From the human T2T-CHM13v2.0 reference genome, Homo sapiens, in assembly GCF_009914755.1 (NCBI RefSeq), contig NC_060940.1: 64,000 nucleotides of DNA, one strand, 5' to 3'. Each line of letters opens with the position of its first letter. Position 1 is the first letter of the stretch. The notes beneath the pieces are model-generated. The model was not told the origin of the DNA and made no database searches. It was given only the letters and a program-made list of their open reading frames with translations. Both the position numbers and the translations under genes were made by a program. Positions 61,225 through 64,000 of the stretch are shown here, in pieces.

Positions 61225-62340
61225 CAAATAAATTACAGGTATGCCCAAATATGTCAGTATGCATCTTTAAGAATAAATACATTCTCCTGTAAACCACAAT
61301 ATAGTTATCAGCCTCAAAAAGTTTAACATTGGCATAGTAATATTATTTAATGCACAGCCCATATTCATATATCCCCACTTTCCCCAAAAATGGCCTTTAT
61401 TGCTTTTTTAAAAAATCAAGGATCTAGTCAAGTATCACTCATTGCATTTAGTTGTCATATGTCTTATTTAGCATTGCAGAGTTCCTCACCTTTAAAAATT
61501 TTTTTTCATGACTTGCCATTTTTGAAGACTCCAGGCCAGTTATTTTGCAGAATGACCCCAATTTGAATTTGTCAGATCAGTCCTAGTGATCAGTTTAGGC
61601 TAAATATTGTTGGTGATAACACTAAATAGGTGATGGATCCTCATGGAATCACATCAGAAGATAAATGACAATTTTGTCCCATTGTTGGTGAGATTAAGTT
61701 TGATCACTTGGTTAAGGTGGCATTACCCTGTTCCTACTATTTCTCTTATGTAAATGTACTATTTCCATTTGTAATTAATAAGTAATGTGTGGGATAATAC
61801 CTTGAGACTATAAGACTATTCTGTTTCCCAACCTCCTTTCATCTGTGATTTGAATGATGATTATTCCCTAAATAATTATAAAGGTACTTGCAGAATCATG
61901 ATGTTTTAATTCTGACATTAGTTCTCTATTCACTAGCACTATTCTGAGGAAAAAAAAAAGCTTTCTTTTCAAAGGGAAGTATCACTATGGACTTACAGAT
62001 ATTTTATTTTTTTAATTGGAAAGAGTCTATCCATTATGGTCATCATTTTTGATGCATAAATTGTCCCAAATTTGGTAACTGTGACCCCTTTCATGGTGGT
62101 TTTTGTGTCCTTTTGGCCCATCCCCCTTAATTTTTTAGTACTTTCCTACCTTCTGGCACAAGATATTTCAGAATCATCTTATGCTTTCATTGGCTTCATC
62201 TTGGAATTAGCCCTTGCTGTAAGAATTTCTGGTTCCTTTTAGTGAGGAATAATATTTAGGAACCAAGATCTGAGAAATAGACATGTTTTTTGTTAGTTGA
62301 GTGTCACTGCTTCTATTCTGTTCTGTTTTAGTAGGTAATG
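61225..62340 (-). mobile_element. L1MC-like 3' end
   Basis: ttaagtttgatcacttggttaaggtgg, ttcctaccttctggcacaagatattt, ggaaccaagatctg. Confidence 0.8.
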
Positions 62341-62444
62341 CCAGGACTTTTTTTTTTTTTTTTTTTTTTTTTTGTAATCGTGAGTTCAGGCCATGATTTA
62401 GTAGGCAGTGCTAGGATACATTTTTTTAAAAAATCATGAGTTGA

Positions 62445-64000
<1,556 letters not shown>

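Overview
Human (primate) genomic DNA, AT-rich and roughly half interspersed repeats. The only well-supported coding sequence is one 217-nt + strand exon (41806-42022). It has 63 nt of 5'UTR and 154 nt of CDS encoding MDHTGAIDTEDEVGPLAHLAPSPQSEAVAHEFQELSLQSSQNLPPLNERKN, which I recognise as the N-terminus of the long isoform of MRTFB (MKL2), the actin-regulated SRF coactivator. Everything else is flanking intron filled with Alu, L1, L2, MIR, LTR (MER57-like, LOR1-like, THE1, MLT1) and DNA transposon (MER20, MER3, Tigger2, Tigger3a) relics. Almost all other ORFs in the track are repeat-derived or chance. I see no evidence of a new multi-gene system. The most notable observations are: (1) an L1-mediated 3' transduction with intact TSDs that carried a perfect CArG box into the intron; (2) an internally deleted MER57-like provirus with strong strand-asymmetric C depletion suggesting APOBEC3 hypermutation; (3) two fold-back inverted duplications, one forming a ~54-bp hairpin; (4) three candidate in-frame alternative splicing events downstream of the start-codon exon; (5) a very young AluYa5-like insertion. 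Repeat subfamily names come from recalled consensus sequences and their boundaries are approximate.
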